Source: Minisyncoccota bacterium (GTDB lineage: Bacteria > Patescibacteriota > Microgenomatia > PFEM01 > JAFGMK01). From it: a stretch of DNA of 64,000 nt. The stretch covers positions 1,115 through 65,114 of the forward strand of contig JAFGMK010000008.1 in assembly GCA_016927565.1 (NCBI GenBank). Direction: 5' to 3'. Position numbers and translations under genes: made by a program. Shown one piece after another: positions 46,306 to 56,369 of this stretch. The notes beneath the pieces are model-generated. The model did no database searches. It was not told where the DNA came from and worked only from the letters and a program-made list of their open reading frames with translations. The number at the start of each line of letters is the position of its first letter. The stretch's first letter is position 1.

Positions 46306-46583
46306 ATTCGGTGAAGGTTTTAAAGATAGGAGCTGTTTGGTGCAATGGGTGTTTGGTGATGCGGCCTCGCTGGCAGGAGATAGAAAAGGAAAATCCCTGG
46401 TTAAAAACAGAATATTATGATTTTGATCAGGATAAAACAGTCATAAAAAAATACAGGATAGAAGGCGGAAAATTACCCGTTTTTATTTTTTTGGACAGGA
46501 GGGAAAAAGAAATGTTCAGACTTGAGGGGGAAATCGAGAAAAAGGAATTATTAAAAATAATTAGCGAAAATAAAGGTGAATAA
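46302..46583 (+). CDS. Thioredoxin-family protein
   Basis: AVWCNGC, LPVFIF. Confidence 0.85.
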   Translation: MNSVKVLKIGAVWCNGCLVMRPRWQEIEKENPWLKTEYYDFDQDKTVIKKYRIEGGKLPVFIFLDRREKEMFRLEGEIEKKELLKIISENKGE

Positions 46584-46586
46584 GCA

Positions 46587-47771
46587 ATGCTGAAGAAATT
46601 GTTGGCGTCACTTGGAGGGCTGTTTTTTTTCCTCTTTTTAGCTTTACCGATACGGGCAGAAAACGGGAAAGTCAATCTTTATTTTTTCTGGGCTTACGGG
46701 TGCCCTCATTGCGCCAATGAGAAAACTTTTCTTGAATCATTGGGAAAAAAATATCCTCAACTGACAATTAATGATTATGAGGTGACCGGAAACAAAAAAA
46801 ACCTTGAGCTCCTGAAAAAGATCGGCCAAGAATTATCCGTTAATGTTTCCGGAGTTCCGTTCACGGTTATCGGCAAACAGGATTTTGCCGGTTATTACAA
46901 TGACGAAACGACGGGAAAGAAAATCGAAGAAGCGGTTGAGTGTGCCGTGAGAAACGGTTGCGAAGATTTGGTAGTTGATCTTACCACCGCAGGAGATCAA
47001 CAACCAGAGCAAAAAACTGTTCTAAAATCGGTTCGGCTGCCGATTATCGGAGAGCTGGAAATCAAAAATCTTTCACTGCCGGTTCTGACATTTGTTCTGG
47101 CTTTACTGGATGGTTTCAATCCCTGCGCGATGTGGATACTCCTTTTTTTGATTAGTTTGCTTTTGGGAATGAAAGATCGGAAAAGAATGTGGATTTTGGG
47201 AACTGCTTTTATTGTTGCTTCGGCTTTGGCCTACTTTCTATTTTTAACGGCCTGGCTAAACCTGTTTTTGTTCCTGGGTTATGTTTTTTATGTAAGACTG
47301 GGAATCGGATTACTGGCCTTAGCCGCCGGAGGATATTACTTAAGAGATTACCAGGTTAATAAAAAAGGTGGCTGCAAGGTTATGGGAGATAAAAAAAGAC
47401 AAAGGGTTTTTGAAAAACTCAGGAACATCGCTCAAAAAAAGCAATTTCTGACTGCTCTGGGAGGAATGATTCTTCTGGCTTTTGCCGTTAATTTAATCGA
47501 ATTGATCTGTTCTGCCGGTTTGCCCACAATCTATACCAAAGTTTTGAGCTTGGCCAAATTGCCGGCCTGGCGATATTACTTATATCTTGTTTTTTATATC
47601 ATAATTTTTATGCTGGATGATTTATTTGTTTTTTTTACGGCAATGACTACGCTTCGGGCGGTTGGAGTCCAAAGCAAATATTCGCGCTTTTCTCATCTTA
47701 TTGGCGGAATTTTAATGCTGATCATCGGCGCGCTTCTGCTTTTTAAACCCGAATGGTTAATGTTCGGATAA
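46587..47771 (+). CDS. Glutaredoxin-like domain fused to a CcdA-like membrane domain
   Basis: GCPHC, GVPF; DGFNPCAMW, ELICSAGLP. Confidence 0.85.
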   Translation: MLKKLLASLGGLFFFLFLALPIRAENGKVNLYFFWAYGCPHCANEKTFLESLGKKYPQLTINDYEVTGNKKNLELLKKIGQELSVNVSGVPFTVIGKQDFAGYYNDETTGKKIEEAVECAVRNGCEDLVVDLTTAGDQQPEQKTVLKSVRLPIIGELEIKNLSLPVLTFVLALLDGFNPCAMWILLFLISLLLGMKDRKRMWILGTAFIVASALAYFLFLTAWLNLFLFLGYVFYVRLGIGLLALAAGGYYLRDYQVNKKGGCKVMGDKKRQRVFEKLRNIAQKKQFLTALGGMILLAFAVNLIELICSAGLPTIYTKVLSLAKLPAWRYYLYLVFYIIIFMLDDLFVFFTAMTTLRAVGVQSKYSRFSHLIGGILMLIIGALLLFKPEWLMFG

Positions 47772-47772
47772 A

Positions 47773-48237
47773 ATGAGAATGACCGAAGACATAAATTACC
47801 AGCTTCTTCCGCCGGCTTATTTTCAAATTTGCCTTTTATTTGAGATAGTTTTGCATTTTCTTTTTCCGGTTGTCAGGATTATCGGTAAGTCTTTAAATTA
47901 TTTTGGATTTTTATTAATTCTCCTCGGTCTCGGTTTAAACATTTGGACGGACATTTTATTTAAGAAAAGAAAAACGACTGTCAAACCCTTTGAAAAACCT
48001 TCTGTTTTAATTACTCATGGGCCTTTTTTTATCAGCCGTCATCCGATGTATTTGGGTTTTGTTTTGATCCTCTTGGGATTGGCGATAGTTTTAGGCAGTT
48101 TAATTTCTTTCATCGGGCCGGTTGCGATGTTTTTTATTTTGGCAAAATTATTCATCTCCAAGGAAGAAAAGTCTTTGGAAAAAATCTTTGGAAAGCAATA
48201 TCGGGAATATAAAAGCCGAGTCAGGCGCTGGTTTTAG
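47773..48237 (+). CDS. Isoprenylcysteine carboxylmethyltransferase/PEMT-family membrane protein
   Basis: GPFFISRHPMYLG, EEKSLEKIFG...YKSRVRRW. Confidence 0.88.
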   Translation: MRMTEDINYQLLPPAYFQICLLFEIVLHFLFPVVRIIGKSLNYFGFLLILLGLGLNIWTDILFKKRKTTVKPFEKPSVLITHGPFFISRHPMYLGFVLILLGLAIVLGSLISFIGPVAMFFILAKLFISKEEKSLEKIFGKQYREYKSRVRRWF

Positions 48238-48412
48238 CAACAAAAAAACTCTGGTGTTCAGCTTTGAGGCTTTCCCCTGATGGCCGATTTAGAAGTACCC
48301 CCCCTCTTTTTTTTATTAAGAAGGAAAGCCGGCGATGTTTTTAAGAACGCCAAGCTCTATTCTTGAATCTTTAGCTGGGGCTTGTTTTATCACCATTCAG
48401 GCCGAAAAAAAT

Positions 48413-49162
48413 TTAAGCTTCGATTTTGGAGAAAAGATAACTGCTGACGAGAAGCAGAATAAAAGAGATGGCAATTAAAACCAGGATGTCTGTTGCCAGT
48501 CCCAACCGGCTTGTTCCGGTCAGAACCTGCCGTAAGCCATCAATCCCGTAGGTCAAGGGATTGACTCGGGAAATTGATTTGAGGACAGGAGGAGCGCTTT
48601 CCAGGGGAAAGATTGCCCCGGAAAGAAAATAAGTCGGCATTACCAGGAAATTCATAATTAGCTGGAAACCATGAAAATCTTTCATTAGTGAGGCGATAGC
48701 TGTTCCCAGAGCGGTGTAAACCAGAGCAATTAGAAACATTAATCCCGGTGCTGAGACTGAAAGAAGGCTGATTTCGGGCCGAAAACCCAAAGGCAGGGTT
48801 AAGCAGAAAACAAGCACTCCCTGAAAAGTGGCAATCGTAGCTCCGCCTAAAACCCGCCCTAAGACGATTTCCAATCTGGAAATGGGAGCGACCAGGGTTT
48901 CTTTTAAAAAACCGAATTGACGGTCCCAAATTAACTCAACACCGTTAAAAATGGCCATAAATAAAATTGTCTGGCCCATTACCCCCGGAGCCAGGAAGTT
49001 AAGATAATTTCCCTGACCGGCTCTTTCAAAAACCGGTCCCAGACCAAATCCCAGGGCAATCAAAAATAAAAGCGGCTGACCGATTGAGCCGATAATTCTT
49101 GACTTTGAACGCCAATATCTTTTGATCTGGCGCAACCACATGATGTAAATCGTGTTAAACAT
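48413..49162 (-). CDS. ABC-2 exporter permease (DrrB-like)
   Basis: WDRQFGFLKETLVAP, FLSGAIFP, NPLTYGIDGLR. Confidence 0.92.
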   Translation of the reverse strand: MFNTIYIMWLRQIKRYWRSKSRIIGSIGQPLLFLIALGFGLGPVFERAGQGNYLNFLAPGVMGQTILFMAIFNGVELIWDRQFGFLKETLVAPISRLEIVLGRVLGGATIATFQGVLVFCLTLPLGFRPEISLLSVSAPGLMFLIALVYTALGTAIASLMKDFHGFQLIMNFLVMPTYFLSGAIFPLESAPPVLKSISRVNPLTYGIDGLRQVLTGTSRLGLATDILVLIAISFILLLVSSYLFSKIEA

Positions 49163-49163
49163 T

Positions 49164-49970
49164 TTATCTTTTTCTCATCCGGTTCATTCTCATTCTCATT
49201 TTTTCCAAACTGCCGGCGTTTTCTTCTCTGATATCTTTTCCCGTAATTGCTAAATAAGCCGCCTCCAGCGATTCTGTTTTCGTTTCTCTTTTCAACCGGT
49301 CAACAGTTCCCAGAGCGACAATTTTTCCTTTGTCAATAATGGCTATCCGGTTAGCCATTTTTTCTGCTTCTTCTAAATAATGAGTGGTAAAAAAAATGGT
49401 TGTTTGGTATTTCTGATTTAATTGGTGAATATGTTCCCAAATTTTGTTCCTGGTTTGGGTGTCCAAGCCTAAGGTCGGTTCGTCCAGAAAAAAAATTTTC
49501 GGATGATGAAGTAAACCCCGGGCAATTTCCAGGCGTCTTCTCATTCCTCCGGAAAAGGTTTTTACCAGACTATTCCGGCGTTCCCAGAGATCAACAATTT
49601 CCAGAAGATTTTTGACCCTTTTCTTTCTCATTTCTTTGGGAATTTTGTAAAGGATGCCGTGAAATTCCATGTTTTCCAGGGCGGTCAGTTCTTCATCCAG
49701 ACTTGAATCTTGAAAAACAATTCCGAAAGATTTTCTGACCTGGTCTTGCTGGCTTAAGGGGTTGAATCCGTTAATCAGAATTTCTCCTTCGGTTGGTCCG
49801 AGCAGAGTAGTCAGCATTCTGATGGTCGTTGTTTTGCCGGCGCCGTTGGGACCTAAAAAAGCGGCTATTTCACCCTTTTTTATTTCAAAGGAGATATCGT
49901 CAACTGCAGTTAGGCCCTTGAATTTTTTGGTCAGATGTCTGACTTTGATAATCGGCTTGATGTGAGACAT
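49164..49970 (-). CDS. ABC exporter ATP-binding protein (DrrA-like)
   Basis: GPNGAGKTT, FSGGMRRRLEIARGL, LDEPTLGLD. Confidence 0.94.
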   Translation of the reverse strand: MSHIKPIIKVRHLTKKFKGLTAVDDISFEIKKGEIAAFLGPNGAGKTTTIRMLTTLLGPTEGEILINGFNPLSQQDQVRKSFGIVFQDSSLDEELTALENMEFHGILYKIPKEMRKKRVKNLLEIVDLWERRNSLVKTFSGGMRRRLEIARGLLHHPKIFFLDEPTLGLDTQTRNKIWEHIHQLNQKYQTTIFFTTHYLEEAEKMANRIAIIDKGKIVALGTVDRLKRETKTESLEAAYLAITGKDIREENAGSLEKMRMRMNRMRKR

Positions 49971-50138
49971 ATTTTAAACATTATATCCTCTTTCAGATTG
50001 TTTGGGCAGAGATAGTTTTATCTTTCTCAGGCATCCTGCCTGACGGAAATGAACTCCAATCGAAAGATTAGGTTTGAAAAAAGCACTTTTCCCTGATAGA
50101 ATCACCCTAAACTTAATTAGTCGGGCGGAGGACATTTA

Positions 50139-52496
50139 GTGAAAGAGATTTTCCCTAAAAAATATGACTTCAACAAACAGGAAAAGCATTGGCTGGCTTT
50201 TTGGAAAAAAAACAAAATTTACCGGTTTGACAACCAGTCTTCTCGGCCGATCTATTCAGTTGACACTCCTCCTCCTTACGTCTCTGCCGCCCATCTTCAT
50301 GCCGGGCATATTATGAGTTATTCCCAGGCGGAGTTTGTTGTCAGATACAAACGAATGAAGGGCTTCAACATTTTTTATCCCATGGGGTTTGATGACAACG
50401 GCCTTCCTACCGAGCGGTTTGTCGAAAAGAAATATAACCTCGACAAATCAAAAATCAGCCGGAGTGATTTTATTAAGCTTTGCCTTAAAGAAACCAAAAC
50501 CGGTGCTCAAAACTATCGGGATTTGTGGACCAGCTTGGGCATTTCCGTTGATTGGACCAAAATCTACAGCACGATTAACGCCCTGTGCCAGAAAGTTTCC
50601 CAGTGGTCTTTTATTGATCTTTTCCGGAAAGGTAAGGTTTACCGGCAGGAAGAACCGGTTCTTTGGTGTCCTTTTTGTCAAAGCGCCCTGGCTCAAGCTG
50701 ATCTGGAAGACGAAACCGTTAACTCCAGTCTGAATTATATCAGTTTCTCAGTCGATAATAAAAAGTATCCCATTGCGACAACCAGACCGGAATTAATTCC
50801 GGCCTGCGTTGCAATTTTTGCCAATCCTCAAGATCAGCGCTATTTTTCTTTGAAAAACAAGAAGGCAGCAATTCCTTTGTTTGACTACTCGGTGCCGGTA
50901 TATTTCAGCCCGGAAGTTGACCCGAAGTTTGGCACTGGTCTGGTGATGGTTTGTACCTGGGGAGACTTTGAAGATATTAAAAAATTCAAGGAATTTAAAC
51001 TGCCGATCCGGGAAGTGCTTAATCAGGCGGGCGAATTTAATGACCTGGGGGGGAGATTAAAAGGTTTAGGAATTACCGCTGCCAGAAAAAAGATTCTTGA
51101 CGATCTTTTAAAAGAGAATCTTTTAGTCAGGCAGGAGAAAATAAAGCACGTCATTAACACTCATGAGAGATGCGGTACTCCGGTGGAGTTTGTTTTGGCC
51201 AAACAGTGGTTCATTAAGGTTCTTGAGTCTAAAAAAGAGCTTTTGGAAAAAGGCAAAAAACTGAATTGGTACCCCGGACACATGAGACACCGCTATGAGA
51301 GCTGGATTAAAGGTCTTAAATGGGACTGGTGTATTTCCCGGCAAAGATATTACGGTGTTCCTTTTCCGGTTTGGTATTGTCAAGATTGCGGCGAAGTCAT
51401 TCCCGCTTTGGAAAAAGACCTGCCTTTAAATCCGGCCGAAGTCAAACCGCCGGTTTCAAATTGTCCTAACTGCCGGTCGGTCAGATTTATTCCCGAGAAA
51501 GACGTGATGGACACTTGGGCGACTTCGTCCTGCAGTCCGTTTATCATTCCGGAACTGGTAAAAAACAAAAAAATCAGGGCTAAAATTTTTCCTAATTCCT
51601 TAAGACCGCAGGCCTTTGAAATTATCCGCACCTGGTTGTTTTATACGATTGTCAAGGCACATCATCATTTTAACAAACTGCCCTTTAAAGATGTCATGAT
51701 TTCCGGTCACGGTTTAGACGAGAAAGGAAAAAAAATCTCTAAAAGGCTGGGGAATTATATTAAGCCAAGCATCCTTTTAAAAGAATACGGGGCTGATGCC
51801 ATCAGATATTGGGCCACCGGCGCGACTTTGGGATCCAGCCACCGGTTTAATCTTAAAGAAGTGGAAAAAGGGAAATATTTAGTCACCAAGCTTTTTAATG
51901 CTTCAAGATTTTGTGCTAACTATCTTTCCGGATTTAAATCCCGGCCTGAAGATAATTATCGGCTGGAGCCGGAAGATGACTGGATTCTGCACGAACTGAA
52001 CCAAACTGTTAAAGAGGTGACTCTTGCCTTCGAAAAATACGAATATGCTAAGGCCAGAAATGATCTCGATAAATTATTTTGGGCGACTTTTTGCGACTAT
52101 TATCTGGAGATGATTAAACATCGGGCTGATGAAGCTTCGGTCAGATATGTTCTCTACCGTTGTCTTTTGACTATTTTAAAGCTTTACGCCCCGATCCTCC
52201 CTTTTATTACAGAAGAGATTTATCAGCGATTATTCCGGGAAAATGAAAAAAAGATCAGTTTGCACTTGGCGGATTGGCCCCGGCCGAATGAAAATTGGCA
52301 GCTCGCTCCGAAAGACCTGAAAGAAATCGGTTATTTTATCAGTGAGATTGACGGGATCAGGAAAGAAAAAGTTGCCCGGAAATTAAGATTTAAAGAACTT
52401 CTTACCGGCTATACGCCCCGAACTAAAGTCAATTTGACCCTTTTCGGCAAAAAACTTCAGGAAATGCTTGCGGTTGAATTCGGAGAGGCGGAATAA
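50139..52496 (+). CDS. valS: Valine--tRNA ligase, archaeal-type (type 2)
   Basis: DTPPPYVS, HAGH, GFDDNGLPTE, WDWCISRQRYYG, DVMDTWATSS, LRPQAFEIIRTW, KISKR. Confidence 0.95.
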   Translation: MKEIFPKKYDFNKQEKHWLAFWKKNKIYRFDNQSSRPIYSVDTPPPYVSAAHLHAGHIMSYSQAEFVVRYKRMKGFNIFYPMGFDDNGLPTERFVEKKYNLDKSKISRSDFIKLCLKETKTGAQNYRDLWTSLGISVDWTKIYSTINALCQKVSQWSFIDLFRKGKVYRQEEPVLWCPFCQSALAQADLEDETVNSSLNYISFSVDNKKYPIATTRPELIPACVAIFANPQDQRYFSLKNKKAAIPLFDYSVPVYFSPEVDPKFGTGLVMVCTWGDFEDIKKFKEFKLPIREVLNQAGEFNDLGGRLKGLGITAARKKILDDLLKENLLVRQEKIKHVINTHERCGTPVEFVLAKQWFIKVLESKKELLEKGKKLNWYPGHMRHRYESWIKGLKWDWCISRQRYYGVPFPVWYCQDCGEVIPALEKDLPLNPAEVKPPVSNCPNCRSVRFIPEKDVMDTWATSSCSPFIIPELVKNKKIRAKIFPNSLRPQAFEIIRTWLFYTIVKAHHHFNKLPFKDVMISGHGLDEKGKKISKRLGNYIKPSILLKEYGADAIRYWATGATLGSSHRFNLKEVEKGKYLVTKLFNASRFCANYLSGFKSRPEDNYRLEPEDDWILHELNQTVKEVTLAFEKYEYAKARNDLDKLFWATFCDYYLEMIKHRADEASVRYVLYRCLLTILKLYAPILPFITEEIYQRLFRENEKKISLHLADWPRPNENWQLAPKDLKEIGYFISEIDGIRKEKVARKLRFKELLTGYTPRTKVNLTLFGKKLQEMLAVEFGEAE

Positions 52497-52585
52497 GCCG
52501 GTTGCGCATGATATTGCTTTTAGCCCCGGATGGATTATATTATATTAACGGAACTTGATTTAATAGTTAAAAAGAGGAGGAACAA

Positions 52586-52762
52586 ATGGAATGTAAAACC
52601 AAAAACCGCCACGGTTTTTTAACCAAACTGCTGCTTGGCGTTGGCTTGGCGGTGATCGGTGTTTTATTTTTTGACAAAGAAAAACGACAGCGGGCTAAAA
52701 ACTGGCTGGCAAAAACAAAAGAAAAAAAATCGTCAAAAAGCGGGAAAAAATCGAACGGATAA
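52586..52762 (+). CDS. Small membrane-anchored basic protein (YtxH-like layout)
   Basis: SD GAGGAGG; 58 aa MECKTKNRHGFLTKLLLGVGLAVIGVLFFDKEKRQRAKNWL...; below ORF-track cutoff. Confidence 0.65.
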   Translation: MECKTKNRHGFLTKLLLGVGLAVIGVLFFDKEKRQRAKNWLAKTKEKKSSKSGKKSNG

Positions 52763-52768
52763 CATCTT

Positions 52769-53659
52769 TCAAGACTGCCGTTTCCGGGTTTTATTTTGGG
52801 TTGGACTTACTTCCGGTAAAGAAGAATTGTTTGGTTCCGGGTGTTCCCTCCAGTAGTTTTCAATGATTTTGACTGACTGGGGACTTATTTGTTCTTTTAT
52901 TTTTTCCCATTGGCCGGTTTCGATCGCTTTTTTAAAAACCCCGGCAATAACATTTTCATATCGGGGGGAAATTAACTTTGTCAGTTTTGGCTTGAAAAAA
53001 TATTCTTTCCGGGCAGTTTTAATCTGAGTTTTAAAAACAGGGATTATTTTGTTGTGTTCCAGATTGTGCGAGAAAAAATCAATCGTTGTTTTGACCAGAA
53101 CCAGAACAATCAGAGGTCCGATTGCCTGGCCATTGATTTTCAAAATCAGCCTGCTTCCCGCTAAAACCACCAGATGCATTGTTATAACCCTTTTATACGG
53201 GGCTGATATCAGTTGTTCGGGACTTAGGCGTTGATATTCCTTTTTTTCCAGATAATTTTGAAAATAGGACAGGCCATGAGTTAAAAATAAAAAGCCGGTA
53301 TTCAAAATGAGGATTGGATTGATTTGTAAATTATTAATTAACCGGCCAAAAAGAAAAAATCCGTGAACGAGGGTAAACATTCCGTAATGAAGAATAAAAA
53401 AGCCGACCAGCTCTTCTCTGGTTTTATTGACGGTTGTTTTGCCGAAAACCGTTTTTTGAACTCCGTTCTGATTAGGCTTTTCCGCCTTTATCATTTTCAA
53501 ACTATTGTAAAAGCCGATGACAATATTTTCGAACCAGTAAAGAAACAAAATGCTTGACAAGTCCCAATTAAAAAATAGAACGCCAAAAACCGGAATTAGA
53601 TTGGTCAGAACCAAAGCGGTGACAGAAGTCTTTGTTCCCAGTTTTATCATTAGAGGCAA
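52769..53659 (-). CDS. Membrane protein (DUF6498-like)
   Basis: NLIPVFGVLFFNW...LYWFEN, FFILHYGMFTLVHG, PYKRVITMH. Confidence 0.8.
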   Translation of the reverse strand: MPLMIKLGTKTSVTALVLTNLIPVFGVLFFNWDLSSILFLYWFENIVIGFYNSLKMIKAEKPNQNGVQKTVFGKTTVNKTREELVGFFILHYGMFTLVHGFFLFGRLINNLQINPILILNTGFLFLTHGLSYFQNYLEKKEYQRLSPEQLISAPYKRVITMHLVVLAGSRLILKINGQAIGPLIVLVLVKTTIDFFSHNLEHNKIIPVFKTQIKTARKEYFFKPKLTKLISPRYENVIAGVFKKAIETGQWEKIKEQISPQSVKIIENYWREHPEPNNSSLPEVSPTQNKTRKRQS

Positions 53660-55227
53660 CTGGTTATCAGCTTAATGACCAGCCAGGAAAAGAACAAAAA
53701 AGAAATTGAAAAAAGAAAAACAAACCAAAGTTTTTTTTCTTTGGAAAAATTTTTGCCCGATTTGGGATTAATCAGGATCATCACGGCCGTCAGTCCCAGG
53801 AGAGAGAAGCAATTGGCCAATGCCAGCAGACCATATTTTCCGGCATTTAAAAACTTTGTTTTAAAAATCAAGGGTCCGATCAGAGCGCCAGTTGTAAACG
53901 AGATCAAAACCAGTAGAATCAAAAAGATAACTACTGGGTTTTCCGAAGCTAAAAAAGCGAAATGAGTTTTAATCGGTGTCTGCCGGCCTATCCAGAGATC
54001 ATCAGTAAAATATCTTGACGGGGCATTAATTTTAATCTTGGTGTATTTAATATAATCACTTGGTTCATAAAAATTTTTTAATTCCTCGTTAAAAAGAGGA
54101 TTTTTGGCAAAGTAATAAGCGGTGTTGGTATAAGACTTAATCTTGCTAGGGATTTCCGGCGAAACATAACCGAGCACCCGGATAGTGACCGGAATTGTTT
54201 GGCTTTCGTAGACGCTGGTCGGCAAGAGCGGGAAATAGATTTTGGCAGTGGGAAAAGTGACTAAGACTCCCCGGTGTCCGGATTGTTTGGTCTTTTTTGA
54301 AGGATAGAGCTCAATCAGGATCTCTTTATTGTCAAATATGCCGTTGGCCAATTCCTCAAAAGCTTCGTTTTGAGAACTAATTAATTCGAGGTTGTTTTTT
54401 TTGATATAGTCAAAAACCCCGGAAAAATATTTTTCCTTGATTTCCGAAACCAATTTCTGGTATTTCGGGTATTGGTTGCCAAACTGATTGCGGCCGAAGA
54501 AATTTGATCGGACGTCTTTTTTTATCTCAGCAAGGCTGATGTCGATTTCCGGTTCCTTCGGGTTAATCCAGGAAACAACAAAGGAAAATTCTTTACCGAT
54601 GTAATAATTCAACACGGGGATTGCGCCGCTTTCAATTGCCAAACCTTTTTCTTTTAAGTAATCGTAAAGTCCAACGGCAGTTTTAGCTGTAATTATTTGA
54701 GTGGTCAAACCTGCCTTATCCAGTTGTTCATGAATAATCACATCCGGTTCTGTTTCCGCTGAAAGACTGCCGAAGGGGTTATTAAGGCCCAGATCCAAAC
54801 CCCATGGGTTTAAGCTTTTGGAGGGCATTATTAAGGCATGAACCAAGGGGTAATAAACCTGAGTTTCTCTTAGGCTGTTGCCGATGTCTTTAAGATTAAT
54901 TTTAGCTTTTTCGAAGATGTCTTCACCTTTAAAATCAGGAAAATTTCTGACCACATCAATACTGGTTTTTTCCGGCTCTGCCGGAATCGGAAAAATCCAA
55001 ACGGCGGCAACATCACTTTTTTCCAGCCCGACGCCGATAATCATCTTTTCTAAACCATCTTCGTAGTTTATAAAGGCCTGCTGGCTGGTTTCGCTTAAAA
55101 AATCCCATCGGTCTAGGGGATATTTTTCTAAAATTATGCCGTCAGCCAGGGCTGTTTGGAGAAAGAAGAGTAAAAAACTAAAAATCAAAACCGGGACAAT
55201 CAGAAGATAATTAATAACTTTTTTCAT
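53650..55227 (-). CDS. Secreted/membrane protein (DUF2330-like N-terminus, C-terminal TMs)
   Basis: Signal peptide, ALADG...QQAFINY...WIFPIP; three C-terminal hydrophobic segments. Confidence 0.7.
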   Translation of the reverse strand: MKKVINYLLIVPVLIFSFLLFFLQTALADGIILEKYPLDRWDFLSETSQQAFINYEDGLEKMIIGVGLEKSDVAAVWIFPIPAEPEKTSIDVVRNFPDFKGEDIFEKAKINLKDIGNSLRETQVYYPLVHALIMPSKSLNPWGLDLGLNNPFGSLSAETEPDVIIHEQLDKAGLTTQIITAKTAVGLYDYLKEKGLAIESGAIPVLNYYIGKEFSFVVSWINPKEPEIDISLAEIKKDVRSNFFGRNQFGNQYPKYQKLVSEIKEKYFSGVFDYIKKNNLELISSQNEAFEELANGIFDNKEILIELYPSKKTKQSGHRGVLVTFPTAKIYFPLLPTSVYESQTIPVTIRVLGYVSPEIPSKIKSYTNTAYYFAKNPLFNEELKNFYEPSDYIKYTKIKINAPSRYFTDDLWIGRQTPIKTHFAFLASENPVVIFLILLVLISFTTGALIGPLIFKTKFLNAGKYGLLALANCFSLLGLTAVMILINPKSGKNFSKEKKLWFVFLFSISFLFFSWLVIKLITSCL

Positions 55228-55354
55228 TGGTAACCAAGTTTATTATACTTAGCCTGTCAATGAAGTTAAATCCTGTCTGGGAGTTTTTGTTTTGCGCATT
55301 GGCTTGACTTGCCCGATCAGTTATTTTATAAATAGTCGGGTCTGGTAAATAAAG

Positions 55355-55720
55355 ATGAAGCCCGCAATTAAGAATTATTTAATTATTATCTTTCCGGTTT
55401 TGCTGATAGTTTTGATTGTTTTTTCTCTGATCCGGTTCAGAGCCCGGGAAAATCAGTCTGAGCTATTAAATCTTCAGATTTCCAATTTTGAAGAATGTGC
55501 GATTGCCGGCTGCCCGATTGAGGAGAGCCGGCCTCGCCGGTGTACCGGGCCTGATGGCCAGAGTTTTATTGAGGAGGCTGATCAATTTGTCGGCGATGAC
55601 CGGGACGAACACGGTTGTATCGGTTCCGCCGGTTATGCCTGGTGCGAACCAAAACAAAAATGTCTTCGGTTTTGGGAAGAGCCTTGCGGACATGAAGCAG
55701 TTTTCGATATCAGTAAATAG
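55355..55720 (+). CDS. Membrane-anchored Cys-rich hypothetical protein
   Basis: TM; ISNFEECAIAGCPIEESRPRRC; GDDRDEHGCIGSAGYAWCE. Confidence 0.7.
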   Translation: MKPAIKNYLIIIFPVLLIVLIVFSLIRFRARENQSELLNLQISNFEECAIAGCPIEESRPRRCTGPDGQSFIEEADQFVGDDRDEHGCIGSAGYAWCEPKQKCLRFWEEPCGHEAVFDISK

Positions 55721-55737
55721 CCGGAATTCTTTTTAAG

Positions 55738-56268
55738 ATGCTGGGTAATTGCTTTGTTTTACTGATAATGATTTTGTTATCGTGTTTTTTGCTGGTCGTT
55801 ATCGGTAAGGATCTTTTGTTTAGCGGAACGATTTTTTTCGGTCCCGTTTTTGTTCCCAGCGCTGAGGATAAGTTGAAATTGATGCTGGAATTGGCCGAAC
55901 CCAAACCAGGTGAAAAAATCGTTGATCTTGGCTCTGGAGACGGAAAAATTTTGGTTGAATTAGCCAGAAAGGGTTATCAATCAGAGGGAATGGAAATAAA
56001 TCCGATTTTGGTAAGACGGTCCAGAAAGAATCTGCGGAAGCTGAGATTAGAGCAATGGGCAGCTGTCAGGCGGGCCAACTTCTGGAAAAGTGATTTCTCT
56101 TCTTATGATCTAGTTTTTCTTTATGGAATGAAGCACGTAATGAAAAGGTTGGAAAAGAAAATGCTTGCCGAATTGAAACCGGGAGCAAGAGTGGTTTCCA
56201 ATTATTTTCGGTTTCCCGATTGGCGGCCGGAAAAGGTAAGGGATGAGGTTAGGCTTTATCGCCGCTAA
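55738..56268 (+). CDS. Membrane-anchored SAM methyltransferase (FAM173/ATPSCKMT-like)
   Basis: PVFVPS, VDLGSGDGK, GMEINP, ELKPGARVVSNYF. Confidence 0.88.
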   Translation: MLGNCFVLLIMILLSCFLLVVIGKDLLFSGTIFFGPVFVPSAEDKLKLMLELAEPKPGEKIVDLGSGDGKILVELARKGYQSEGMEINPILVRRSRKNLRKLRLEQWAAVRRANFWKSDFSSYDLVFLYGMKHVMKRLEKKMLAELKPGARVVSNYFRFPDWRPEKVRDEVRLYRR

Positions 56269-56369
56269 AAAAGGGTGCTTGTCTTTTAGTTAAGCCGGGT
56301 TCTAACGGCCGCTTCTTGCATTCCGGCATTGATAATGATTAATATAATCATAAAGTCAGCTGACGGATA

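Noticed and set aside
50000-50138. T-box or riboswitch upstream of valS
   Set aside because: Only small hairpins (CAGGCA/TGCCTG, AATC-GAAA-GATT); no T-box consensus or terminator
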